From: Antedon mediterranea
Lineage: Eukaryota; Animalia; Echinodermata
Reading direction: 5' to 3'
Length of the DNA stretch: 64,000 nt
NCBI RefSeq assembly: GCF_964355755.1
Contig: NC_092671.1
Location: 39,132,304-39,196,303 of the forward strand
The notes beneath the pieces were generated by a model that ran no database searches, was not told where the DNA came from, and saw only the letters and a list, made by a program, of their open reading frames with translations. The translations under genes were made by a program, and so were the position numbers. This document shows, piece by piece, positions 23,501 through 36,289 of this stretch (position 1 is its first letter; each line of letters begins with the position of its first letter).

Positions 23501-26500
23501 TTAATAATAATAATTAATAATTAATTAATTAATAATTAATTAATAAAGTTTCCATTACACTTTATTTGTTTTTTCCTTTTGTTTCTGATGCAATAATAAT
23601 AATTTTGACTTTTAAGAGCATAATTCATAAAGCCTCTATGTGCTTCACATAAGAATAAAGTAATCCATGAAATAAATAAAATAAAAGAAATTGAAAGGTC
23701 CCATTACATAGTTGGGTACAGTATGTATTGGCCACACACCTTGTGAGAAGACTGCCCCCAATCTCACTCTCAGTCGGTGACTGTTCTTGGTTCTGAGGTG
23801 AATAGTTAGACCTGGCTAAATTATCTTGATAAACTTCTTGTTCACTATAAGTCTTTGTATTGTCTTCACCATCGTCATCGTCGTCGCTCTGGACCAATAG
23901 GGATATGCTATTTGACCTAGGCCCATCAGTCTCTTTGTTATGCTCATGCTTTATAAAACACAGCTCGCAAACTCGAACCTTTTTACTATAAAAAAAATAT
24001 AACAAATATTATATTGGGAATAATTTTGTATTTCTGTTACTAGTAGTAAACATACATTTGGAAGCTTTGTCTACACTGTCAAACTAGTTTGACAAAAAAG
24101 TGTGATGTGCCCAAATATGGTAGTGATATGCCAAAATATGGTAGTGATATGACATCATCATGTCCATATATGGGCACATAGTAGATATTTCGCTCCATTA
24201 TTATTTTGATTTGATGAGTTGATTTGTATTTTTGGCAGAATAAATATTACAGAAACAAAATATAAAACTAAACAAAATGCCAATGGATTCATAATATAAC
24301 CTTACTTGCTAGAAGATGACATCACAAAATGATTAGAGCACTTGCTGCAAAAGATGCGTCCACAAAGTCTGCAATGATGGCGCCGTACTGTCAGACCAAA
24401 CTCTGCATCACATTGCATACAATTAAGAACCTGCAAAACATAATGAATATTCATTAACATGCTGGCTCATGTGTAAGCCCATCTAGTGGCAGATTATTAC
24501 AGAATTAACACATGCATTACTTTTTTACAGCTCTGTCACTACACTATCAAACTTTATGTGACAAAAAAGTGTGATGTGCTCAAATATGGTAGTGATATGC
24601 TCAAATATGGTAGTGATATGACATCATCATGTCCATATTTGGGCACATCACATTTTGTCACATAAAGTTTGATAGTGTAGACAGAGCTTAAGTAACTTAC
24701 ATCCTTGTCTTCTAACCAACGTTCAGATGCTTTTTGTTTCAACATGTAATCTAGTTTCTCTGTTCTCTGCCACAGTGTATCCTTTTCTCTAATACAAAAA
24801 AAAATGTTGTTACAAAATCACTTCAAAACAAGGATTTTCATATGAATGAATAAAAATATTCCAAGCCAGCTCACTTATTTGAACTTGAAAATTGTAGAGT
24901 TGGCCACTAACTTTAAGCTTGTTTACTCAAGTAAAGTAACTGAGAAATTATTACAGATAACTCTCCCAATACCAGACAGCTTTGGACTGGCCAAATATGT
25001 CTGATTTTCTAGAAAGTCTTGTATTCAGAATGTGTTTTTAATGGTAAAAATTAATTGGGGACAGATTGGACTTCAAGAAAAGTCTGGTATTGGAAGAGTT
25101 TCCAGTTTTTTTTAGAGAGTACGGTATTGGGAAAGTTGAATGTACTGTATTACTGGGTTTTATGGTGTAGGTATATTTAAATAAATGTTATAATAAAAGA
25201 TATGAGACCTTAGTAGCTTGATAAGTCTTTTCTTCAAATCTCTATTATCAGTGGTGAGCTGCGTTATGTTTGTTTCCAATTTCACCTCCCTGTCTGTTTT
25301 GTCATCACGAAGAACTTCAAAATCATGCTGTAAAGTTGCGAAATATTATTATACAGTACAAGTATACAGTTCATACATCTTATAAAACATTTATATTTGA
25401 TAATAAATGTACAAATACAATTAAAACCATAATATGATACTTACCCGCAGGTTTGCTGCAGTAGATTTCTCTTGCTCCAGTAATCGGCTTAACTATGTTT
25501 ATGGAGAAACAAAGTTAACGTTAGTAGATTTTATTTGTCAATTAAAATTTATGTTCTGTCAAAAACAATTTAGGAGAAGTCCATATGCACTTCCAGATTT
25601 CCCTAGTCTGGAGTCACAGTATATGATTCTAAATAGCATGACAGAATGAAATGTTTACATAACATACCTCTTGAGACTTGGTAACCGTCACCTCTAGTTC
25701 TTCTTTACAACACACTAACTTGTGGTTTGCAACAGTAAGCTGTCATTGTCAAGAAATATTTTAGAAATTAGAAGAAAATTGTGTGATTGTGCAGAGAAGA
25801 GGACAATTGCATTATGGGTACTGGTGATGTATAACAGTGTGAATGTGCAGAGAAGAGGACAATTGTATTGTGGGTACTCAGGGGCGAATCTAGGATTTTG
25901 ATAAAGAGGGGCCGATATGGGAAAATAATCGTCTAGGGGGGTCTGGCATGCTCCCCTGGAAATTTTTTTTCTAGACGTCCGGAGATAGCATCTGAGGCGT
26001 TTTGGCCAGTCGATTTTTGTCATATAATTATTGGAATATAGTGGGTTTTATTGGTTTTTTGTTGTGCCTAAAGCCTGTTTTCCCGTCGCGAATGTTGACA
26101 CATTTTTTACGCGATCGTTGCTGGGACACATGGACGTAAAGTTTTGCAATACCAAGATCGGTCACATGCAGCCGGGCCCGTGTGAAAATTGAAAAAGTTA
26201 TGGGTTTTGATGCTTCAACCCAGCCAGCCTAGGACATGTTTTTGCTGATATTTTAATCTAGTCTTTACACTAAAGACAAACATTAAATAAAAATTGTTTT
26301 TATATTAAAATTTAGTTTTACTTACACTTGTTATTTTGAAATATCAGACTTTAAAAGAATAGGGCCTACAAAAAACATTGTCGCGTTTAAAAAAATCAAG
26401 AATTGTCAGCGCGTACGTTTTTTTCACAAACAATGATGACGTAATTTATGAACTATTTGATTGGTCAGTCAGTTTTACCGATCTTATCGTTGAACTAGGT

Positions 26501-29500
26501 TTAACTTTTACAAAAAATTGAAGATTTCAACGATTTTTAATGTTGATTTGTACCCCCTTTTCCTGTAAAATCGTGTGTAATGTAAATGTAAATGGGTGCA
26601 TAATATATATATTACAAAAGGGGGGACCGGGGCCGGCCCGGCCCCCCTAAATCCGCCTCTGGTACTGTTGATGTATAACAGTGTGAATTTGCAAAGAGGA
26701 CAATTGCATTGTGGGTACTAATGGTTAATGGGGAGAAAAAGAAAGGTAGAGCCAACTATTTTATGTGATTATCTACCGATTATTATACCTCTTCTGCTTG
26801 TTGTAGACGTCCTTCTTCAAGCTGTCTCCGAACAGTTTCTAGATCAGTCTCAAGGTTGATAACAACTTTTTCTTGTTCTTGTTCCTTTACTTTCAATCTA
26901 ATGATGATTTCTTCTTGTTCTTTGTGTTCCTAATGTTATAAAAACCACACATTTTTTTGTCACGTAAAGTTTGATAGTGTGGACAGAGCTTAGGTAATTC
27001 AGTGCATACAAATCTAAATAATCAAAAGTGTCATTTACCTTCAGGGTGTCTTCGAATTTCATGACATCAGTGCTGGCTTGGAACCTGATGGCACTTAGCT
27101 GCTCTGTCAGACTTTCTAGTTCACTTTTCAAACTTGTACATTCAGATGTTTTATCTGCAAGTTCGTTACTAACACTTTCAAGTGATGTTTTTGTGTTTGC
27201 ATTCTCTTGACTAAAGAATTCAAGACTATCATGCAAGCCTTTAATTTCGACAGCTTTTTCGTCGATAGTTTTACTGTCTGCAACAGCAGAATCACTCCAC
27301 TTCAACAATGCTTCTTTATTTTCAGTTTTTGCTGTTTCTAAAAGTTGTGTAAGCTCCAATATTTCTGCATTTAATGTATCATTTTTATCTTTTATTTCAT
27401 TTCGCTCTTTTACCAACATTTCTGTTTTCTCCGCTAATTCATTAATTTCTTTTTCTGAATTTTCTTTCAACTCTTTTAGTTCGGACTCAAAAGTAGTTTT
27501 CTCCTTTTCTAATGCCATCATGTCTCCATCCATTTTTTCTTTTTCTTCACTGATGGAAATAAACTGGGCTTGTAACATATCAAACTGTTCTCGAAGAAAG
27601 GCCAATTTATCTTCATGTTCTTTTTGTAACGTCTCTTTGCATATTTCAAACTTGTCTTGATTTCCTGCGGTGTCTTCTTGAACTTGAATGACTTCTTCTA
27701 ATGTCTCTTGGATTTCTCTCGTAGTTGCCGATTCCTTCTCCAGAGACTTCTCCATCGCTTCTAAGTTTTTTTCCAATTCATCTTTCTTTTGAATTAGGGT
27801 TTGAACTTGATCTTTAAGATTAGAAATTGATTGTTCTCTATTAGTTAAAGTCTGCACCAATTCTTGTTTTTCTGCTTCAATTGTACTCAACATTTCTGCA
27901 ATGGCTTTTAGTTCATTTTGAGTTTTTGTCTCAGATTCAGTCTGATCCAGCAGCTCTTTATCCTTCTCTTGAAGATGGCATGAAAGAGTTTCCTCTTTTT
28001 TAACAAGATTATCGCAGTCATTTCTAAGAATGATATTTTCTGTTTGTAACTTTGTCAGTTCCTCTTCTTGAAGACACAACTCTTTCTTCTGAACTTCAAC
28101 TGTACTTTGCAAGTTTGAAATTGCACTTTCCTGAGAATCAACCTTCTTGTTAAATTCTTGAACTTGGTCTAACAGGCGTCCAACTTCTTCAGTTTTGTTT
28201 TTTAGAAGTTTTTCCAAGTGAGAACATTGCGATTTTTCAACAAGGATAGCATTATTACTTGCTTGTAGGTTGTCTTTAAGTGTCTTCTTTTCTAAGACAA
28301 TGTTCTGCAATCGTTCTTCAATATCTTTTGGTTCTTCTCTACCATCTACTCTATCCCTATTATCATCCTCTGACATCCCATCCTCTACATTTGAATCAAT
28401 CTGACTGAAAATTGTTTTTAAATTTAGAAGTTGTTCTTTTAATTCTTTAACTTGGATTTCTGTTTGAATTACTTTGCTGGCAAGATCCTCTTTTGACGCT
28501 TTTAATTCACATCTCTCAGTCGAAAGTGTCTTCTTTTCCTGTTTAACATTTTTCAAATCTTCAGACAAGGAACACATGGTTGTCTCCTTCATAGACAGGG
28601 AACTTTTTGTTTCCTCAAGTTTCATTTCCAATTCTTTTTTAGAGTTTTCCAGGATTTCAACCTTTTCTATTTGTCTTCGACAATTGTATTCTAAATCACT
28701 GTTTTTTGCCTTTAGATTTGATACAGAAGCAGATTCTTCTGATAACCTTTGTTCAAGAAGTTCTACTTTACGAGAAAGTTCTTCTTTTGTGCCTTTTAAA
28801 TTTAAATTTTCTGTTTCTACATCATTAACTCTTGATAAAAGTTCATGCACCTTAGTTGCAGAATCAAAATGGCTGGATACCGTCACATTCTTTTCCTCAA
28901 CCATTCCTTCCATTTTTGATAAAAGTCCAATATTTTTCACTTCAAAATTTGCAAGTTTTGATTCTAAATCTGTGATGTTTTCATTCTTTTTCGATACCAA
29001 CGTATTCAAAGATTCCTGATCTTGTGTCAGGCTGGTCACCTGTAATCTCAGACTACCAATAAGCACGTCCTGTTCTGCAATTTGTGACTGAAATTCAACT
29101 TCACTTTTAGAAAAATATTTCTCACGACTTTCATGCTGTTTGTTTAAACATTCGATCCTGTCACATAAATCTGTTTTAATCTGTTCTGCTTCTTTTAATC
29201 TTGTCTGAAATTCTAAATTAATTTGATTCATTTGTTCACCTTTTTTCTGACATTCCATTTCTGATTTTTCTAGCTTGTACAACGTATCTTGTTTAAATCG
29301 TTCAGCGTCTTCTTGAAACCTGCTCAACCTCTCTTCAGTTTCCAAAGCGAGTTTATGCAAATCTTCATTTTCAGTTTCCATGGATAGGATTTGTTGGCGA
29401 AGCTGTCTGTTTATTTCCTCACATTCTTGAAAATCTTTATGAAGTTGGGAATAATAATCTGCCTTAGAAGAGTCCTCTGGGACACTGGTGCTCATGATCT

Positions 29501-32500
29501 CACTTGTAGCCTAAACAAAATAAAAACAAAATGGTCATGTACTCTATCATGTGTATTTTAGGTACCTTCATATTCTGGTTAAATATAATAATATAATTAA
29601 ACTACTATCCGTTTGATGCAATGTTGCAAACCTATGAGCATGAATATATCAGTACAGTCAAAACAGGCCACCAAGAAATCCAGAATAAATTTAAACTAAA
29701 TTCAAAAGCCCAGTATTCTGTATTCACCAATCACACTTAAGTGAGATATTACCCTTAAATATTAAGTATTTCACTTAACTCAATAAATATTCCCCTTCAA
29801 TTGTATTCATTTAGAAGTGTTTCCCTTAGTGTGAATGGTGAATACCGCCACATAAACATTATTATTTTCTCTAATATTAATATCTCTCATATATTTATAT
29901 TTAGGTTAATTTCGATTGAGAAAACAAACCTGAGAGCTGAGACTGTTCATGCTAGTGGTCCTACTGGGTAGTTGCCACATCTGAGAGCCGTGGCTGAAAG
30001 TCTTTCTGGCAAATGTCGGCCACGCAGCATCAAGGTCATTTCCCGTTGGTGACAAATCAAATTGTACCTCATTCAGATCATAAAAGTCATTTATCAACAA
30101 TGATGACAGTTTTGGATTCATGAGAAGTGATTTCGGTGAGTACCAATCACTAGAAATATAAAAAAAGTACTTAAAATTAATTTAAAAAAACTTAAATTTA
30201 CTCAATATAATTATTATATATACATATATTGTTTATTTTATTTCTTAATTTCATACACATCCAACAGTGAGTAACTCGCCATTTACAGAATGGATAAACT
30301 ATTTAATAATTTATCGTGCTTATAAACTAAGTCTCAGGCTTAGTGAGTGGAGTTGAAAGAGTCGTGAATTACAACCCTGGCACTAGGTTAGGATTGAACC
30401 CTGGACTTTGCGATTGGAAGCCAAGCATGTTAACCACCTATCTACAGCTTCACTATATAATAATAATAATAATAGTCTGTTCTTATATAGCGCATAGTAC
30501 AGTAGATAATGGAGGTTTATGATATAGATCTTTAAATATTATACCTTGTAACTTTTCTCTTGGATAAACATTGTTGAAGTGTGTCAGCTAGTCGTTGATG
30601 TACCAGGCAGTAACGAATAAAAGCACGCCCTCTCCCAAGAGATGTCCGAACCTGTTACAGAAATGGAGAAAGTTAAAATATCAAAATAGCAGCCTGTATA
30701 AACAAAAGCCTACCATTGATGTAGCCACAAAAAAGTGGTGTGGTTTTTGCAAGAAATGTTAACAATCTTTGTTCAAGCCAATGAGTTGTCAAAGATAGGC
30801 CCTCAGTGAAAAAGTGGTTGAAACCTTACGGACCATACTGGTGGCTACAGCCTGCATATAGTTATCTTAATGGAAATTGTAGATAGTACCTCTGACATTG
30901 CTTTAACAAACTTGATGCCATCATTCAAGCCTTTCGTCTTGCTTAGACATTCAACATAATAATCCCAGTATTCTTTTTTGGATCCCATTAACGAATATCG
31001 AACTGAAAAATAATAAGTAATCATCAATAAACTAAACGCAAATAATATCCTCACAATAAAAAAAAATGTGAAGACATGGTCAAAGTGAATAACTATTTAT
31101 ACAAAATAATTGTAAAAATTAATTTTTCAGGGAGACAGTATATCTTTAATATTTCACAAAACCACAACACAACAATGAGATAATTAACATAAAGTAATAT
31201 ATTAGTAATTAATAATTCTGCTTTTATCATAGTTTATTATGGGCTCCGTGGAGACCATCAAAAATTGCACAGGGACGGTATTTCACATCTTCTGTGCGGG
31301 GTATTGGGATAAGTTTTCAACTAGCAATAATCACGCCTCGGATAAACCTCATTGGCTATGATATCGCCTCTGCGCAAAGATGCCTAACAACCTGAAGAAA
31401 GTGTAATATGTACTGCCGAACCATTCTCTGCACATTGGTGTCATAAAACATACCAACAACATATTCTTATTGTCTCATATAATTGGTTATTTAATATCAT
31501 TATTATTTTAAATTCAATGAAAATCTTAACTAACCAACGTTATCTTATCCTAAATCAATATTTTATATTACTATTATTTTAATGAAAACTTAATTTTATC
31601 TACTTATGAATATTCAATAGGAGTAGTTTGTCAATAGAGGGCGCTATGACAATTTACTGCAAATTATCAGCTTTTTGTTATTCCTAACTAATTCAAGGAC
31701 AATATTAAATATACTATGTTATAGTTAAATTAAAACAGCTGGTGTTAGGTTCAAATCCTGTAGCAGTCTTTGGACTTTCAACTGGAGAAGTACACAAACC
31801 AATATTTTAAACTGTTATTAAATTAAAACTCACTTTTAAATTCGCCCTGCATAAGATACTCCAAACGTGAACAAAACTTTTGTAGCGTGACCGAGTCATC
31901 CGTAATTGGATATCTATTTTCATCAAACTCATTCTTTAACTCTTTAACACAACCTGTGAATTTATAGTATATAATATTCATTTTATTGTATTTTTAAGAT
32001 AACAACAAAAAAATATTCAGTATATTAAATTATCATTATAACTAAAAATAATGTTGCTGATTTATTAAATAAATTAATCAAATTTAGTTAAATTATAACA
32101 CTGGTCTTAAATTTAATATTTTCAATATTTAAGCAACAAAAGTTATAAATATAAGCTAATAATAAGCTAAAGCTTTGTCCACACTATCAAACTTAAGCTC
32201 TGTCCACACTATCAAACTTAAGCTCTGTCCACACTATCAAACTTAAGCTCTGTCCACACTATCAAACTTAAGCTCTGTCCACACTATCAAACTTAAGCTC
32301 TGTCCACACTATCAAACTTAAGCTCTGTCCACACTATCAAACTTAAGCTCTGTCCACACTATCAAACTTAAGCTCTGTCTACACTATCAAACTTAAGCTC
32401 TGTCCACACTATCAAACTTAAGCTCTGTCCACACTATCAAACTTAAGCTCTGTCTACACTATCAAACTTAAGCTCTGTCCACACTATCAAACTTAAGCTC

Positions 32501-32934
32501 TGTCTACACTATCAAACTTAAGCTCTGTCTACACTATCAAACTTAAGCTCTGTCTACACTATCAAACTTAAGCTCTGTCTACACTATCAAACTTAAGCTC
32601 TGTCTACACTATCAAACTTAAGCTCTGTCTACACTATCAAACTTAAGCTCTGTCTACACTACCAAACTTAAGCTCTGTCTATACTATCAAACTTAAGCTC
32701 TGTCTACACTATCAAACTTTATGTGACACAAAAAAATGTGCCTATAATATGGACATGATGATGTCATATCACTATCGTATTTGGGCACTTTTTTGTCAAA
32801 CTAGCTTAAGAAAAAACTTTATTCAGTAGTAAATAAAAATTCTATTAAATGTGCAAATTAAATAATTATAAACTAGATTCCATACTTTGTAAATCCTGCA
32901 CTACTTTTGGTGCTTGGTGGTCCTGTGCGGCCAT
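17585..32934 (-). CDS. FYCO1: FYVE and coiled-coil domain autophagy adaptor 1 (RUN, coiled coil, FYVE, LIR, GOLD)
   Basis: Exons: 32886-32934, 31834-31953, 30890-31002, 30545-30651, 29930-30149, 27039-29510, 26789-26929, ~25668-25718, 25445-25492, 25209-25327, 24701-24788, 24306-24430, 23740-23985, 22790-22963, 21990-22146, 21269-21432, 17585-17645. RUN peptides: [63 protein letters not shown]: WLEDKDV...[17 protein letters not shown]: [16 protein letters not shown]...[17 protein letters not shown]. Confidence 0.95.
17714..18330 (-). mobile_element. 5'-truncated LINE (CR1/L2/Jockey-group-like ORF2 C-terminus) in the last FYCO1 intron
   Basis: Peptide [38 protein letters not shown]...LPYTFN resembles non-LTR ORF2 ends and is followed by a 3' UTR and (TAAAA)n tail. 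A second copy is at 8355-8612. Confidence 0.7.
21021..21128 (+). mobile_element. Short DINE-1/HINE-like (Helentron-associated) element
   Basis: Sub-terminal inverted repeats agtcgcgt...acgcgact (twice), a (GTCG/GTCT)n microsatellite, a 3' hairpin ggctgttggcc, and T-rich flanks. Confidence 0.65.
23003..23318 (+). mobile_element. tRNA-derived SINE (family 1) with a Deu/Nin-like central domain
   Basis: A box tggccgagtggtt, B box ggttcgaggc, core ttctcggataaggaccataaaccg...gcactttaaagaacc, and a (TTA)n tail. A second copy is at ~55046-55285. Confidence 0.78.
24954..25142. mobile_element. TA-flanked MITE (Tc1/mariner-Stowaway-like); second copy at 57222-57406
   Basis: TIR cag..(g/a)actctcccaatac / gtattggga(g/a)agttga.tg, with TA on both sides. 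Confidence 0.72.
25879..26661. mobile_element. Non-autonomous hAT-like element with a 5-bp TSD
   Basis: Ends caggggcgaatctagg / cctaaatccgcctctg, with GTACT at 25874-25878 and 26662-26666. It splits one unit of a ~57-bp local tandem repeat. Confidence 0.75.
32171..32718. repeat. 25-bp satellite (~22 copies) derived from the family B MITE terminus
   Basis: Unit agctctgtc(c/t)acactatcaaactta. The array runs directly into a normal MITE body (32719-32805). Confidence 0.95.
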
Positions 32935-33138
32935 TTTGTTTTACTTCTTTAGAAACAAGTTTGGAAAAAGGAGACAATCAAACTTTCTTCACTAATCACA
33001 TTCTGTTCTGCAGGCCTATATCAATTAAGAAAGAGCGTTATTAACAAACCAACTTGTGGATTGCTACACACCTTCTACCAGCCAGCATCTTTTAATGCAA
33101 ACAATATCATTATCACTGATTCAATATAAATTATTAAT

Positions 33139-33527
33139 GACACCTTTACAAACGCATTAATGAACATAACAAAAGTATTATAGGCGATCACCTAAAACAA
33201 CATGGCATAACTGGTGATATCTCAGAATACTTTAGAGTCTTATCTAAATGCAACAATAAGTTTGATTGCCTAATTAAGGAGATGTTGTGGATCAAAGAGA
33301 TAAAACCTACACTCAATAAACAATCGGATTCCATCAAAGCTAAATTGTTTATCTAACTCAGTAGGAGGAGCTAATTACTTAATTAGCCCCAAATTAGCAT
33401 TTCCTGTCACCAACTTTGGTGCTTAGTGCACATAATTATTATTGTTTTGTATTCACTTGATCTTGAAAATGGTTCTATGATGGTACCGAAACGTCGATCT
33501 CTCTTTTTGTCATTAAATTTTATATTG
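33139..33527 (+). mobile_element. 5'-truncated Penelope-like retroelement (GIY-YIG C-terminus plus 3' terminal region)
   Basis: Frame 33141-33356 reads HLYKRINEHNKSIIGDHLKQHG...FRVLSKCNNKFDCLIKEMLWIKEIKPTLNKQSDSIKAKLFI*. An 11-bp direct repeat, aaattattaat, lies at 33128-33138 and 33528-33538. Confidence 0.85.
33459..33499 (+). ncRNA. Minimal type I hammerhead ribozyme-like motif
   Basis: gatc-TTGAAAA-t-ggttc-tatgat-ggtacc-GAAA-cgtc-gatc: U3-A8 core variant, short stem II, palindromic ACGT stem III and a GUC cleavage triplet. Confidence 0.62.
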
Positions 33528-34354
33528 AAATTATTAATTAATGCTGAAAAAATGGCCAACCCATGCTTTCATAAATGATAAATAAATGCCCACCTACCCA
33601 TATTTTAATATTAGATGATTAACGATATACATAAATTTTAAAAATGTATTGATGTAGCGCATCTAGCTTTAAATCATAATTAGAAGAACATTATAATTAA
33701 CTAATAATCATTAAACATCATAATAATATTTTTTACCATCACTTTACAAATCATGATGATGGAGAGATTGATTGATGAAGGAAAACAAAAAAATGCATAT
33801 ATATATTATAAATATTAATTATCCTACAGACTAACTAACCTCTCTCTAGAAAGAAGGCTCTAGGCCTATAGCCTATGCCCTAGGAGGCCTAGTTTTTGCA
33901 GAATATTCGGATCATTCTATCAAAAGCAGCCTACTAATACTATATAAGGCTAAGCACAAACACTAAGCTGCCTACACTGTGAAATCAGGGAGGTGATTAT
34001 TTTTTCACCTCCCTGGTTAAATCCCTCGAATCAGCCCAGCTGGGTCTCTATTCTTTAGGCCCGGTTTGGCAGGTTTGGCCTGGATCTAGCCTAGCTAGTG
34101 TTAGTGGGCTGATGCGGGCCTGCATTATTATCCATCATCAGACCAAGTGTAAACTAAAATGGGCCTAGGACTAATGAATTACACCTAATGGATACAATTG
34201 ATGGTTTAACTAACTTATGAATGTAAATAAACAATTTCGGATATAATATTTACGTAATTTTTTAAGGTTAGTAGAAGGAAAACAGCATAAATCGGATGTT
34301 TTGAATTCGACGCGAGATAAACATCATCAATAATATGGTTCGCGTACTGACATG

Positions 34355-34407
34355 GTCATGTGATGTCCCGAGGATGGGTGGTGGTGTGTGTATGATGTTG
34401 ACGTGAC
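34355..34407. promoter_or_regulatory. Two CLEAR/M-box-like sites in the probable FYCO1 promoter region
   Basis: GTCATGTGA at 34355-34363 and TGACGTGAC at 34399-34407, in a CpG-containing patch ~1.4 kb upstream of the ATG. Confidence 0.35.
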
Positions 34408-35507
34408 AGATATTATTTGGACAATGAATCTACATACACGATTGGATTGGACAGTATTATATACAATTAGTAATTTTTTCATACCTCCATGATTCGATGA
34501 TGGCATACATCATCATGATATTCAGCTAATAATAATCTATTTATTCACTAACTTATAAATATTGTGTTGTCCCCCAAAACATGAAAATAAATTCGAAAAA
34601 AAAAAAGATTCACTTTTTTCGCGCCGCGGCTCTAGCCAGCTATGTCCCAGGAGGACACATTCATTAATAAGCTGTTTCATAGCGGTAGCTTTAGTATCTA
34701 AGGCTGACAGTTTTGTGAATTTGGAAACTCGAATATAATTTATAGGTAGCTGCTGGATCCAAAAAACGTCTGGGAGAAGAGAGTCTATATGAAAGCCTTT
34801 GCTGATAATACAGTATTATTGAGATGTAGACGGAAATCTGTAAAATCTTGATCAATAAATAATAACTTCGTTTTTGCTGTCAACCAGGCCGGTATTATAA
34901 TAAGTCACTGTCAAATAATCATTCGATAATGGTCAAAACTTTATTTTGGCTCTGTCAACATAAAGGGAGGTATATTTACAATGACTTTCTTTGACTGTCA
35001 ATCTAGGCCAATGTTATAATAATACGCCGTCAGATATTAAATCATTGAAACAGTCCTCGTAAATTTTTTTGTTGGTTATCAGATGCCGTGGGGGGTCCAA
35101 TCAATTATCGTCAGAAGGTGAACAATCAGTCTAGGTAGCAGCAGCAGATTATTAGGAACGCCTGCTCCATTAATTAATCCAGAAAAAGGTTTGTACATTA
35201 TCTATTTGTTTATTAGCTTTCTCCTAACACAATTATATTTTCTTTAAAAAAAAGGTTTTATAAGTGGTTTCAACATTTATGATAGTAAATGTCACAGTTC
35301 TGTGTCTGGACGCAAGTTCATAGACCTACTAGTTATATTATTCATATTAACTGATACTTACTCTTCATTTACCGTAAAGTTCAGTTTTAATGAAACATAT
35401 AATATAAATTGGCTTCGTAACAATTAATTAGTTTTGAAAAGGTTAGTTTTTTGGTGATAGGTGAAAATGACATGTAACTTCGTAATCAATTTATTTTTTT
35501 TGTATAA

Positions 35508-35868
35508 AGGCCCAATTACACTATGACGATAACGACGGACGATAAATATATAGCATGCATTTTTTTTACATAAACCAAAAGAAATTAGAAAGGTTTTCGT
35601 TCTAGACCTATAGGATAATCATTTATGCTGTCTTTGATAAAAATAATGTTTTTCAAATTCCAATCAAATGACGTCATGATAAATAAAAACAATAAAATCG
35701 CTGTATTGTCACGATATTATTGGTCTTACTAATCATGACGTCATTTGATTGGACGTGTGAAAATATAATTTTCATCAAAGGAATTGTTTATATTTCTTTT
35801 GGTTTATGTATTAAAAATGCACATTTGTCTATTTATCGTCGATCGTTATCGTCCTAGTGTATGGGCCT
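35508..35868. mobile_element. Foldback MITE, palindromic over most of its length (Tourist-like)
   Basis: Ends aggccca(at)tacacta.gacgataacga / tcgttatcgtcctagtgtatgggcct. Inner arms tccaatcaaatgacgtcatgat / atcatgacgtcatttgattgga. Confidence 0.8.
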
Positions 35869-36131
35869 TATGCTGTAAATGTTCAATTAATTGATCATTC
35901 CGATTTTATTAGTTGGACCATAGAGATATTATAGTTCACTATAATATCTCTATGGTTGGACTCTTGCACAGTTGCTGTTTAATCGTTGTTGTGTAATATC
36001 ATTTCGAACCATATTAAAATCATAAAGAGATTCATATTCCTTAACATGTGGCTGTGCATGGAAGTCTGGTCTACACAAACTCGGCCCCGGGCCTGAAAGT
36101 GTTGGTGAATTCATAATTGTACTTAATATTA

Positions 36132-36235
<104 letters not shown>

Positions 36236-36289
36236 TATTATTATACAATTGAAAGCAAAACCCGTTGAATCTCAAATCATTAGGACTAG

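Noticed and set aside
32171-32718. CRISPR-like appearance of 23-25-bp repeats (also 41896-42253)
   Set aside because: The units are contiguous with no unique spacers, the context is eukaryotic, and there are no cas genes.
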